Below are positions 12,301-23,951 of a stretch of DNA of 64,000 nt, piece after piece (position 1 is the first letter of the stretch; each line of letters begins with the position of its first letter). The notes beneath the pieces are model-generated. The model ran no database searches and was not told where the DNA came from. It was given only the letters and a program-made list of their open reading frames with translations. A program made the position numbers and the translations under genes. This DNA is from Minutocellus sp. GHC0000111 (taxonomy: Eukaryota). The stretch is from NCBI GenBank assembly GCA_977018835.1, contig OZ361256.1, forward strand, positions 1,488,001-1,552,000. The letters run 5' to 3'.

Positions 12301-14348
12301 GCTTTCAATGATTCCAGCAGCGGCAATTTCAACCAGAGCAGCGGTGATTTTTCCAGCAATGGTATGGGATCTGGCGTCCTTGGCAACGCTTCAGGAGCCT
12401 TTGATTCGTCTGCTATATTTGACAGCCAAGCCCTGGGCACTTCCTCTGGAGATGCACTGTCTTCGATGCAAATTATGCCATCGAACAATGACAACAAGAG
12501 GAAGGGGAGGAGACCAAGTGACACGTCGGGAAGGCGACGTTCGGACGCATCTTCTGGCTCCGGTGGTTCCTATTCTGGATCTTTTGCAAAGAAGGGCAAC
12601 TGGCTTTTACGAAGCATGGGCCTTGCCTCCAAGGATGAATACGCGAAGCTCAAGGCCGACTTTATTGTGGAGATGCGCCATTTGTCGAAATGTGAGTACA
12701 TTGTCGGCGTATAATCATCCTTCTGATGTGTTTTATGTCCTTTATATCGCTCGATCGCTCATCTATGTGCATTTCTCTGTCATTTCTCTGTCACCATTAC
12801 TAGTGCGCCACCCTTGCATCACAACGGTAATGGGTGCTGTCATCGAAAAGGGCGTCGAACCGATGCTTATCATGGAGTACATGGACATGGGATCCCTCCA
12901 TGATATTCTCCACAACGAAAGTTTCCCGCTCGATGGAGATTTGCTGCTTCCGATTCTTCGGGATATTGCCCAGGGCGTCCGGTTCTTGCACGCAGCCAAG
13001 CCCCAGGTCATCCACGGCGACTTGAAGGCGCACAATGTCCTCGTTGATGGTAAATTCAGGGCAAAGGTTGCCGACTTTGGTCTCTCTGCGAAGAAGATTA
13101 TTGGCGCCACAGGCACACCATTCTGGTGAGAACTAAAATACGTATCAGCTCTATAAAAATCATTGCATTTGCGTCTTGGATTGCCGCTCTAACTCACTTG
13201 ATTTATTTATTTTCTGTTCAATTTCCAGGATGGCTCCGGAATTGCTCCGAGGTGAGAGTCGAAACACTGCTGCATCAGACGTCTATTCATTTGGCATTAT
13301 CCTCTACGAAGTTTATAGTCGTAGAGACCCCTACGAGGGCGAAAATGCTGTCTCTGTGCTCCGCGATGTCGCCGACCGCAAAATCAACAAGCGGCCACCA
13401 GTACCGCCAGCGTGTCCTCTCAAGGTCCAAGCCATCATGTCTGACTGCCTTGCTGGCAACCCCAAGGATCGTCCACATGTGGAAGAGATTGACCTTCGTC
13501 TGAAACGGCTGAGTGTAGAAAATGTGGAACCGGGAGAAATGCACCTATCTCATCAAGCCCGGAAGCATCTCAAGGCACAGCGGGGAGAAGATTTGATCTC
13601 CAAAATGTTCCCCAAGCACATTGCCGACCAGCTACGACAAGGTCGTAAGCCCGAACCTGAAAGCAAAGAAATGGTCACGATTTTCTTCTCGGATATAGTT
13701 GGGTTTACGGATTTGTCTTCGAGACTTCCGGCCGAAAAGGTCAGCGACATGCTCGACAGATTATACCTTCGGTTTGACGCCCTTGCAGACAAGCACGATG
13801 TCTTCAAGATCGAAACGATTGGAGATGCCTTTATTGGCGTTACAAATCTCGTCAAGGATCAAGATGATCATGTAAAACGCATTGCAGAGTTTGCCATTGA
13901 CTGTATTGAGGCTGCCAGGCAGACTCAGATATGCCTGGATGATCCGAGTATGGGTCATGTCATTATTCGTGTCGGATTGCACTCAGATCCCGTCATCGCG
14001 AGTGTCGTTGGGTCTAGACTTCCGAAATATACAATTCTCGGTGATTCGGTCAATACAGCCGCAAGGATGGAAAGTAACTCCCTCCCCGGCAGAATTCAGT
14101 GTAGTGAACAATCGGCTCGATTGCTGGCAAAGCAGAGCCCTGCTATCCCGATCGCTCCAAGAGGAGAAATCTCCATCAAGGGCAAGGGTGAAATGGTCAC
14201 CTTTTGGATCAACGAGGTCAGTTCAAAATCTCGTAAGCATTTGCTCCCCTCAGATGAGTCCAAGAAGGACGTGAAGAAATCTCCCCCAAGAGCAACGAAA
14301 GAAACCGCGCCGGAAGCGCAAGATCGTGATATCGAGGCACAGAATTAA
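9351..14348 (+). CDS. Receptor-type protein: signal peptide, phosphate/phosphonate-binding (PhnD-like) ectodomain, Cys-rich/Ig-like region, TM, protein kinase, class III (guanylate-type) cyclase
   Basis: Introns 10605-10745, 12692-12803 and 13126-13228 (all GT-AG, frame-restoring). One extra C at 10453-10455 shifts the frame. Kinase motifs GRGTFG, VAVK, HGDLKAHN, DFG, APE. Cyclase motifs FSDIVGFT, KIETIGD, GDSVNTAARMES. Alternative start 9153. Confidence 0.85.
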
Positions 14349-14405
14349 AAATAAAGATAAATTTCAAGATCTAAATGAATTCTCGTTTTGTAACCTAGTA
14401 CCTAA

Positions 14406-17400
14406 TCAGGCGGCAACCTTGGGTTGACTGCTCCCTTCCTTCTCAAATTCCTGTGGCGGAAGTCCAAAGGCCGCTCTCAGGGTCCTGCTGAGTGCTCGCT
14501 CTCCAAGTCTGGCAATTATTTCACTCGTTATGCGTTGTACTCGAGGCTCTTGCGAGAGCTTCCTCACCAAGGGAACAAACTTGGATGGGTCTGTTCGACT
14601 GCCTCTCGCTCCGAGGAGGAGAGCTATTCGCCAAAACCGCTGCATCGATGGAGTAGGTTCTGGCAGAGCCTTACCTAGGCTTTCTCTTATTTCCTTGCCA
14701 ACGCCCTCAACACTTCTGTCTGCTTCTTCGGCGCTGGCGTTTTCGATTATAGTCTGGAGTGATTGCAGGGCATTTGCAACGCCGGCTTCGTCGTTGGTGA
14801 GAAGAGCTCGAGATGCATCCACCACATAAGACATTGTCTCTGATCCAAGTGAGTCTGCACCTTCGACCAGTTGATCTGCCAAGTCATTAAGAAGCTGCTC
14901 GCCGTCGTCAGATATCAAATAGTCGCTGAGCAAATCGAGGGCAAGCGACACATCGTAGTCTTCGGTCTCACTGGCTTCCTCCAACAAACCCTCGAGCCGA
15001 GACCAGCGAATATGACCATCACTAGTGAAAGCAAGCCTTCGGAATGCCTCTTGCAGCTCATCTTGAGGATCAGTAAGAACTCGGCTGGCAATGAAAGGAT
15101 ATGCTTTGCTGATAATTCTTGACGATGGATCAACCTGAATGGCCAGGCCTTCAAGAACTCCAAGACATCTGATGATGGCGATGTAGAAGGGCGGAAGGGA
15201 GAAGGGGTATTTATACATGATGTCGCCGAGCTTTGAGACGACGTTTTTGAAGTTGAGCTCATTGACGGATGCACTCAAAACGTCGGGCAGTGCGTCCTCC
15301 AAAGCAAGCTCGATTGGGCGAAGATCTTGATCCTCCGGGATGAACCCGAGCTTGACATACAATCGCGCCAGTTCGCCCCAATCTCTATTGACAATGTGAA
15401 CGACAGCCAGTAAAAAGCCGTTTCGTTGTTTTGCAGCAGCATAGCTCATCATGCCAAAATCAAGGTAGCACAACCTTCCATCCTCACAGGCGAGGAGGTT
15501 ACCACCATGAGGATCGGCATGAAAGAATCCATTGTCGAGGATCTGTCGCAACGAGCACTGCACGAGGGTATCGACGAGTTTTTTCCGGTCCAAGTTATAT
15601 GCTTCGAGCATATCAATATCGGTCAGACGAAACCCATCGACCCACTCCATCGTCAGTACCTTGGACGTTGTGAGTTCACTGTAGACCTTTGGCACAAAAA
15701 CGTCGGTGACGCCAGAGTAGAGCTCGTTGAAACGTTGAGCGTTGGCCGCCTCGGCGACATAGTCGATCTCTCTGTAAATGAGTTCACCAAAATCACCGAT
15801 AATGGAGCTGAAATCGATGTCTCTGTTGAGGAGTGCAGCGACCCGGTTCCACAGTGCATTGGACCACCACCTCAGAACGTACAGATCCAGAGCAATAATC
15901 TCCTCACACTTTGGTCGCTGGATTTTGATGGCCACGAGTTCGCCATTCGAGAGCAAGCGGGCCTTGTAGACTGACGACAGAGATTGTGCATGGCAAAGGC
16001 AGGAAAGACAAAACACTCATCAGAAAGATGTATGGGAAAACAAACATGCGCTGAATTGCCGCAACGAACGTACCTTGTCCGATCGAAGCCGCGGCAACAG
16101 GATCCGTGCCGATAAGTTCAAATAATTCTCCAAATTCCACGCCCAATTCCTCTTCGACCGTGGCAAACGCCTTCTCGTTGGGGAAGACTGGTACATTGTC
16201 CTGCAAATTCTGCAGCTCATCCAAATATTCCCGGGGCAGCAAGTCCGACCGCGACGACAGCGCCTGACCCGCCTTGATGATGGCCGGTCCGAGACCGCTA
16301 ATCGTCTGCAGGAGCTGCTTGGCCCTGGACTTGCGATTGCGCTTCTCGTTGCCCGTCACAACGTCCAGTACCACACCGGCCGCCCACGCCCCGAGGGGCA
16401 AGGCAATCTGAACGTTGCGGATGACCCACCGATTGGGTTGTCGGAACAGAACCTTCTCGGCCACGGCCGGATCGTACTTGCGCAACGGTTCGGCCACCTT
16501 GACGACGCGCTGCCAACGGGTGACGAAATCGCCCGACCCCCCTTCCAGGTTGCCGTTGTACCAGAAGGAGTCGGGGAGGACAATTTCCTTCCCGTCCTTG
16601 GAATATTCCACGGGAGCACCCTGCATCTGCATGTTGCCGTTGATGGGCGCGGCGCTCATTTTGCCATTGATGACCTTGCTGGCCTCCTTCTGCAGCCTCT
16701 TTTGGGTGATGGTCGGCATGGTTCTGGCACCGGTCCCACCAAATGCCGCCCTTTTCTTTGCGCTTTTGCCGTTGTCCTTACCGCCTACCGATGCGACAAT
16801 ATCACTCTGGCCATCCTTGCCGACACTTTCCGCCATCAATCCGGAAGCCTGCGCCTCGACGAAGGTACCCGTAGGATCCAAGAGAAACTCATCCAACATC
16901 CTCCTGGCCTTCTCGAGTCGGGCCTGACTTCTCATTCGTTCCCTGGCTGATCGGCCGGCGTACGATGTCGAGGCGATGTGAGGCTGGTGCTTGTGCCTAG
17001 TGGTTGATTTGGAAGTGCTTGAAGACGATTTCTTTGTACTTGTATCTTCGGCGGTTGAGCTCATTCGTCGACTTGCCGTTGCTGCTGTTGGTTGTGTGGC
17101 ATAAATGTTATTATCATGTGTCGGTTTGTCGAATGTAATGTGCCTTCTGCCGACCACATTGCTTGAAGGAATCACAAAGGCACCAACGTCAACAGCGATG
17201 CATAGAACTGCAGCAAAAATATATAATTGATGTGCCTGCCGCCGAGGAGGGGACGTGCCATTCCAGGTTGAAGCAGATGCCGAAGATCGGCTTCGGTTGG
17301 GTGCTGGTCGATCGTTACTGCGTGTCATCTCTTGGGGCTGTGCGAGTTCCGACAACTCACTGCCGCTGCAGCCACGCCCTCTGACCCTCCTCCTTGCAGG

Positions 17401-17415
17401 TGGGAGGTCATTCAT
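14406..17415 (-). CDS. ABC1/UbiB-family atypical kinase, probably plastid-targeted; intron 15971-16073
   Basis: LGPAIIKAGQALSSRSDL, PVAAASIGQ|VYKA across the intron, VAIKIQRP, FHADPHGGN, LDFGMM. Signal ends VGA|FVI. Start codon uncertain. Confidence 0.9.
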
Positions 17416-17870
17416 GCTTCTCTGATTGGATTAGCTATGCCGACTTGTTGCCGGCCTCTCTCCATCGTCTTCATGCCATGGTTCGGCCGGTTCGGCGCCA
17501 GCTGGCCAGATTTCTGAAGTACATACGCCTGTATGTTCAGGGTTCTTGTACTCTTTACAGCGAACCTTTTTCTCGAGCCACAGCGAACCCAAAAGTACGG
17601 CACCGGCGAGGCAAGCAAGCAATGCGAAGCAAGCAGGTCGTGGTGGCGCCTTGAAGCAAGAGCCACGACCGATCCCATGGTCGTGAAAGGTCTTGCTCCC
17701 GCCTTGTCAGTCGCTTCTTGGTCTTGGCGTTACAATCCGATTCACATCCATCTTCAAACTCCCTCCTCAAAGTGCTCATAAAATGAACAAGTCAAACTCA
17801 AGCAATCAAATCCAACTCGATCAAATCACAAGTCAAACGAAACAAGTCAAACCAATCAGATCACAGCATC

Positions 17871-18518
17871 ATGAAGCTACTCAATTCATTCCTCCTCTTT
17901 CTCGCGTCTTCCTACGCCGGCGCCGATGAGACGGCAAATCTACGCGGTAATGCTCTGGCAGACAAAAATACTCACGACAGTGGCACCAACGACGATGGCG
18001 ACGACGCCCATCGCCGCCTTTACAATGTCGGCGGTTGCTTTCCAAGAGAGTGTCAAGCAAGAATGAACGATAATTTTTGTGACGAGGAATGTAATACTCA
18101 AGGGTGCTATTCGGACGGAGGAGACTGCACGAGCAGTAGGGTCGAAAACTTCGTCAGTCTGACCTTGGGAACCAGTGACGTCCACAGATACGCATATTCT
18201 GGCATGGATGCAGAGTTTACAATCTACGACACCAGAGGTAGGAAGTATTCATTCAATATCGAAAAATACGACCCGCTTCCTGATGTCGGCGAAACTTGGA
18301 CTTATTCAATTTACACTCCTCGTGGCTTTGGCACCCTCAACAAGAACAAAATTAAAATCGAAGCCACCAACGATGACGGCTGGTGCTTCGACCTCGTCAA
18401 AATAGACAGAACAAAAATGAATCTTGAGGCAGATTGCGAAGGAGGATCCTGCGATCAAGATGCACTCTGGTTAGACGATCTCACTTGGAGAGAACATAGT
18501 ACTTCGTATGCTTTGTAA
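17871..18518 (+). CDS. Secreted protein with an LNR (Notch-like) repeat and a PLAT/LH2-like beta domain
   Basis: Signal peptide; RRL propeptide site; CQARMNDNFCDEECNTQGCYSDGGDC matches the LNR pattern; C-terminal TSD...SGMDA...DGWCFDLVKI resembles PLAT. Confidence 0.7.
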   Translation: MKLLNSFLLFLASSYAGADETANLRGNALADKNTHDSGTNDDGDDAHRRLYNVGGCFPRECQARMNDNFCDEECNTQGCYSDGGDCTSSRVENFVSLTLGTSDVHRYAYSGMDAEFTIYDTRGRKYSFNIEKYDPLPDVGETWTYSIYTPRGFGTLNKNKIKIEATNDDGWCFDLVKIDRTKMNLEADCEGGSCDQDALWLDDLTWREHSTSYAL

Positions 18519-18924
18519 TTTTGGAAAAGCAGAGTCCTGGACGCTCTACTCCTACAAGAGTCCTCGAAAGAACTAGCTACGCGTACATGTAGTTGTCGTT
18601 CATTTTTGGGAGCGTTTTCAACATCGTATTGCAGAGAATATCTTGAAAAAAAGAAAATAATCATACTTTAAAACGAGCTTCATTATATTCACATTATAAC
18701 ATTCGATCTACCCCATTGTAGTCGATAGCTCCTGGACTTTATTCTCTGTAATTGCTTTTCTTATGACAAATATAAATGCAACCGGTCATTGCTTTGGCAA
18801 ATTCGACAAGCAAATTTCATCACATTTCTCCCTCTTCTGAATAATCACATTTTAAATAGCTAGCCTGTGGGACTGACAGTATAGCTTCTTGACGCAAACG
18901 TAGCACTTGGCTTGGATGGCTTCT

Positions 18925-21543
18925 CTAAATCATGCCAAAGATGACGGCGGAGGCACCAGCAATAATGATACTGGCCATGGCCTTGACGCCGGCGGCAGAA
19001 CTAGTCGCGGTCTGGACAGCAGCGACGCTGCCGCCACGAAGGCCGGAACCTTGCTCGTCCTCTACGTCGTCCATGGAGGTTGCCGTGGTGGTACCGCCGT
19101 CTTCACGGGAGATTTCGGTGACGGCATCTCCGGGGATGGGATCTTCAACCTCGGCGATGGGATCATCGGGGGTGGCGATAGCGGCTTCGTCCATGCCATT
19201 CTCGGTGTCCTCAATATCGGTGGTCTCGTCCATGGGAGATTCCTCGACGACTTCAACAACTTCTTCCATGGCATCGTTAGGGTCTTCCATGTCGCCGGCA
19301 GGCCCTTCGGGCATGATGACCTCTCCAATGACCTCCTCGTCAGTACCAGTAGCCTCATCCTCGTCGCCTTCTTCGGTAGACTGGGAAGGCATCTCATCCA
19401 CGGTGGACTCGTCGGACTCGTCGTCGGCATCACCGGCCATGTCCATGTCAGTGTCACCATCTTCGACCTCGGTACCCTGATCGTCGGCGACTTGACCATC
19501 CTCGGACTCACTCTCGACACCGCCACAGAGGCCGTAGCCCTCCTGGCAGCCATCGCCGCACCATTCGACGCCCTGACCGCAGAAGCCCCACTTGGAGCAG
19601 CAGTAAACGGCGGTGCCGTCCTCGGCGAAGGGACAGAGGGCATCGCCGGCGTCGACACCGCACATGGGATCGGTGGTCTCGTCGAAGTTCTTCTCGGCAA
19701 CGGACGGAGTCATCTCGTCGGCGGTAGACTCGGTGGTGGACTCATCTTCGATGGTAGAGGGGGGCGTGGGTTCATCGATGGCGCTCTCCTCGGTAGGCTC
19801 ATCCATGTCCTCGTCCTCATCCTCGGAGATGACCTCCTCCATAGTGACGGTAGTAGCCTCCTCGGGAGGGGTGGTAGACTCGACCTCCTCTTCGGCGACG
19901 ATGGACGCATCGTCCTCTTCTCCTCCTCCCTCCTCGAGAAGAAGTGCCTCGTCGACGGTGCCCCCGTCCTGGTTGGTAGCAGCCCCTTCTCCGGTAGCAG
20001 CCTCTTCTCCGGTAGCAGCAGACTCTTCGGTGGGCTCGGAAGGTGCGACGTCGGTGATCTCCTCCCCGGCAGCAACGGGCTCGGCGGACTCTTCGTCGGT
20101 GGCACCGTTCGTCTCCTCCTCCTCCTCCTCATCATCAGCGGCGCCGGCCTCTTCCTTGTCGGTGGTAGTAGTAGTAGTAGTAGTAGCTGGGACGGCATCG
20201 ACGACCTCGTCCGCTTCGGAGATGATCTCGACCTCCACCTCGGGCTCGGCCTCTTCTTGTTCACCCCCGTTGACCTCGACGGCAGTGGTGGCATCGGCGG
20301 CGGCGGCGGTACCAGTATCGTCGGCCTCAGACGGAGGTGGTTGCGGGGCATCCCCCGCCTCCACCATCTCCTCCTCGGTGGCCTCCTCCATGGTCATCTC
20401 CATGCCAACGTCCTCATCCTCGTTGGTTTCGACGGTGTTGGTTTCGACGGTACCGGTAGTAGACTCGGCAGGCTCGGCAGGAGCAGTCCCGCCGGCGGCA
20501 GGAGGCTCCTGCTCCTCACCGTCCGCATCGTCAATATCTTCTTCGCGGGCCACCTCGGCCGGATCGACGCCTCCCACGTCCACCTCCGTCGTCTCCACCA
20601 CCTCTGGCTTCTGCCCCACCTCCTCCTCTGCCTGCGGCGTCTCCCCCACCTCGCAGCACCGGGTCCCCCCCCTGCTCACATCGTTCTGAACATACCCCCG
20701 CACGGCCTTGTAGCAGCTGTACTCGCAGATGGTGCCGGCGGTCCACCCGTCGTCCTCGAAGCACTGGACCGCCAACGCCTGGATGGCGGTGGTGCAGTCG
20801 TACGAGCGCTTGAGCATGTTTTGGGTGGGAGTGTTGGTGCACGGGGTGCAGTTGGCGGCGGTGGGGGTAGAGGAAGCAGTATTGTGAGCAGTACTGCCGG
20901 GAGCAGCGGAGATGGCATCCTCGAACGCGGCCAGGCCGTTGGGATTGCCACCTTCGCCGTCGACGGGCACACCGGTATTCTCCTCGGCGGCAACGGGAAG
21001 CACAGGCAGTTCGGTGGGCAGGTCGTTTCCATCGCCCTCCACGGCCAGCACCTCGACGTCGTCGACAGCGGCATCTGGCTCTCCCTCGCCTTCTTGGGCA
21101 TCCTCCTCCATATTCGCCAGCGCGCCGAGGGTGTCCATGTCGGCCAAAAGGTTGGCGTCGACGGTCCCGTCCTGGCTGTCGGTGCTGGTGATCTTCTCAT
21201 TTGCAACACTGGTGGCAATGCCCTTCTCACCGTTCGCAGCAGCGCCGTTCGTGGAAGCATTGTCGGCAGCTGGAGCGGGGCACGGGTAGAACTCGCAATT
21301 CTGTGTGGGGTTGCGCAGCACCGCAAAGAAGGTTCCGGGACATTCGCGGGAGTCGGTGGGGCACACCTTGGCCAGCTGGGCCTTGGGGGGTGCTGGGACG
21401 TCCGCCGCGGGCGCTGGGGGCGACTGCAGATGGCGGAGGGAGGGGGTGGTGCGTGTAGCCGAGGAGGTGCGGTCCGCCGCAGCAGGAGGGGAGGACAGGA
21501 GGGTGAGGGCCAGCAGGGCCGAGGCGGCGGCGGCGAGCTTCAT
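18925..21543 (-). CDS. Secreted acidic Glu/Thr/Ala-rich cell-surface protein with two Cys-rich modules, a hevein-type (CBM18) chitin-binding domain and a hydrophobic C-terminus (GPI/TM)
   Basis: Signal peptide, RHL site, CCSKWGFCGQGVEWCGDGCQEGYGLC hevein signature at about 19520-19665, terminal hydrophobic stretch. Confidence 0.85.
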   Translation of the reverse strand: MKLAAAASALLALTLLSSPPAAADRTSSATRTTPSLRHLQSPPAPAADVPAPPKAQLAKVCPTDSRECPGTFFAVLRNPTQNCEFYPCPAPAADNASTNGAAANGEKGIATSVANEKITSTDSQDGTVDANLLADMDTLGALANMEEDAQEGEGEPDAAVDDVEVLAVEGDGNDLPTELPVLPVAAEENTGVPVDGEGGNPNGLAAFEDAISAAPGSTAHNTASSTPTAANCTPCTNTPTQNMLKRSYDCTTAIQALAVQCFEDDGWTAGTICEYSCYKAVRGYVQNDVSRGGTRCCEVGETPQAEEEVGQKPEVVETTEVDVGGVDPAEVAREEDIDDADGEEQEPPAAGGTAPAEPAESTTGTVETNTVETNEDEDVGMEMTMEEATEEEMVEAGDAPQPPPSEADDTGTAAAADATTAVEVNGGEQEEAEPEVEVEIISEADEVVDAVPATTTTTTTTDKEEAGAADDEEEEEETNGATDEESAEPVAAGEEITDVAPSEPTEESAATGEEAATGEGAATNQDGGTVDEALLLEEGGGEEDDASIVAEEEVESTTPPEEATTVTMEEVISEDEDEDMDEPTEESAIDEPTPPSTIEDESTTESTADEMTPSVAEKNFDETTDPMCGVDAGDALCPFAEDGTAVYCCSKWGFCGQGVEWCGDGCQEGYGLCGGVESESEDGQVADDQGTEVEDGDTDMDMAGDADDESDESTVDEMPSQSTEEGDEDEATGTDEEVIGEVIMPEGPAGDMEDPNDAMEEVVEVVEESPMDETTDIEDTENGMDEAAIATPDDPIAEVEDPIPGDAVTEISREDGGTTTATSMDDVEDEQGSGLRGGSVAAVQTATSSAAGVKAMASIIIAGASAVIFGMI

Positions 21544-22694
21544 GGTTCTTGACTGATATTGCCCGGCGTTCTGAGAGGAGGAAATCGAACGAACTTATTA
21601 ATTCACTTTTCGATGGAAATATGGAAGTGCCGATCGATGAGATGGTTCGATATCGACAAAACAAGAATGAGAGCTGGCTGCAGATCACTTTCAGGAAAAA
21701 GGAGTGAAAGTGTGTGTGAGTGGGTACGCACCAAACAAACCCACCAACGAATCAAAATCGAATGGAATTGGGAAGTCAGATGCGTTCTTGCTTGGAGCAC
21801 AAACAAGTGCCAACTCCGCTTGTCCAGAGGTAATGGCGGCCGGGTGGCGAGACGTGGCGAGACGCATGCATCGAAATCGGCACCAAGGATGAGGCATTTG
21901 GCGGTCCAAACCACGAACCAAAAACAATTTCAATCAAGTGCCAACCAACAAAGTGAGAGAGGGGGTGGCTCGGCCAGCTCGAAGACGGCCTCAAATTTTT
22001 GTGTGAGATATTTATAACACCATAAGAGCTCGTGTTCTAGTAACTCTCTATAATATTTTACGAGGTTTGTGGAAAGTGATAAATGTGGAAGTTGCGCGCC
22101 GGCCGAGTCGGAGGGACGTGGCCGGCCCGGCTCGCAGCAAAATGAGAGTTTCAGCAAAGCAAATTCCCCGCCCCATGACGCTGCCACAACCCTGCCCAAG
22201 CAGCCAGGACAAGTGAGCACTTGACTTAGCTACGCGCCACCGCAAATCATATCCCGCAATCGCATTGCATTTGTAGCACCCTCTCTCGGATAGCAGTCAG
22301 ATTTGGAACTACTCCACCTTGTGCCACATTTTCCCCTCGCCGCCCCCAAAGGAACGCACTTTTTGCGCTCCAACCCAACCCAGCACATACATGAAAACCT
22401 CCGCCCATCCCAGCATTAGTAGGAATAGGGGAACGACGAGGAGGAACGAGGTCCACGAACAGGAGGATCCATTCGACATTGATAGCACCACCTCATCGGG
22501 CTGCTGCGCCAACTTTTTAAGCCAGCTCCACGGCGACCATTGCTTCGCCTTTCAATTTTTGTGCTGGGCCTGCACCGCCACCGCTACCGGCAACTCATCG
22601 GAATATGGAGTACTAGTAGTGCAGCTACGGAGGGAGCTTGGTATAGCCAGTACTGGAGGCTTGGAAAGAAAAATATCTAAAGAAGAAAACAAAT

Positions 22695-23951
22695 ATGAGA
22701 AACATGGCAAGGCTTGCAAGTTTTCGATCGGCGGTCCATCTCGCGGTGGTAGTGGCATTGTCCGCAATCCACCCTTCGTCGGCCGTCAATGCAACCGCAG
22801 AATGCCCCCAGCCCGAACGGCAGATCTGTCCTGGCACACCCTTTGCCGTCCTCCGCGATCCGGCAAACAACTGCACCTTTTACGACTGTCCTCCTGCCCC
22901 ACCCGGTTACATTGATTGGACGGCGGAAAGCAGCAGCAGCAGCAACAACAAAAACAACGACATAATTCCAACCGACCTAATCGACGTAGACGAACAGCCA
23001 ACGCCACCTCCCAACTGCACCATCTGCACCAACATCCCCACCGCCAACATGATGTCCCGTGGTCTGAACTGCACCACCGCCATCCAAGCCTTGGCGACGA
23101 GATGTGCCGATAGTGCCGGTTGGGTTGCCGGGACCATATGTCAAAGTTCGTGCTACTTTGCCGGGAGGGGATATGACGGGGATGTGTGCTGCCCGGGCGA
23201 TACGGCGTATCCCACGACGATCCCGACGATGAGTCCGAGTGAGGTGCCGACCGTCGGTCCAAGTTGGGTCCCAACGGCGGTGCCGACGGCTATCCCTTCT
23301 GCAAATGGTACCGCCGCGCCTACGATATCCGCGAACAGCAGCAATGATATCAACGGGACGGCCGATGATGAAGGCGAAAACGAAATCGTATGTGATAGCC
23401 CCTTCGGTCCGAAGAAGGTAGGGGAGCTGTATTTTATCTCCAATGGGTGCAACTATTGCGTGTGTGGCGATGGAGGCGTACCAGCCTGCACTGCATTGGT
23501 CTGTCCCGTCACTCCTACTTCCTCTGCGTCCTCGCCTCCCACGGCATCGCCAACAATGTCACCAACCGATGTCGTTTGCCCCAATGATGTTTTGGAATGC
23601 GAAGGAAATATCACTCTCACACGTGATACCGCAGCTGGATGTGAATTTGGACCTGCCGCTACCTGCCCTCCAACCACACTACCGCCTGGTACATCGTACA
23701 AATGCGCCGAGAGCTCATCTGGAATCTATCCAGTTGATTTGTGTTTGGGTTTCATCTGGTGCCAAGATGGAGAATACTTGGCCGGGCCCAGCCTTTGTCC
23801 TTCTGGGATGCGCTTTGATAGTTCTTGTCAATGCTGCAAGGATGCTGATGAGGTGAATTGCGAGGTGGGATTTGGTCGTAATCGATATTTGGTGCAAGAA
23901 GGGGACGGATCGGGTATGGAGCAGGAGGGCAGAAAATACCTTCGGAGATAG
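22695..23951 (+). CDS. Secreted Cys-rich protein, partial paralog of 18925-21543, with PT repeats, a pacifastin-like module and a CBM14-like chitin-binding domain
   Basis: Signal peptide; modules CPGTPFAVLRDP..C.FY.CP and CTxCTNxPTxNM...CTTAIQALA shared with the neighbour; CNYCVC...ACTALVC; CxGFxWC...CPSGMRFD. Confidence 0.8.
   Translation: MRNMARLASFRSAVHLAVVVALSAIHPSSAVNATAECPQPERQICPGTPFAVLRDPANNCTFYDCPPAPPGYIDWTAESSSSSNNKNNDIIPTDLIDVDEQPTPPPNCTICTNIPTANMMSRGLNCTTAIQALATRCADSAGWVAGTICQSSCYFAGRGYDGDVCCPGDTAYPTTIPTMSPSEVPTVGPSWVPTAVPTAIPSANGTAAPTISANSSNDINGTADDEGENEIVCDSPFGPKKVGELYFISNGCNYCVCGDGGVPACTALVCPVTPTSSASSPPTASPTMSPTDVVCPNDVLECEGNITLTRDTAAGCEFGPAATCPPTTLPPGTSYKCAESSSGIYPVDLCLGFIWCQDGEYLAGPSLCPSGMRFDSSCQCCKDADEVNCEVGFGRNRYLVQEGDGSGMEQEGRKYLRR

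Noticed and set aside
18907..21552. 881-aa plus-strand ORF and other long antisense or alternative-frame ORFs (2536-4074, 9270-10601, 40897-43011, 58320-59249)
   Set aside because: Shadows of GC3-rich or low-complexity genes on the opposite strand; no motifs of their own.
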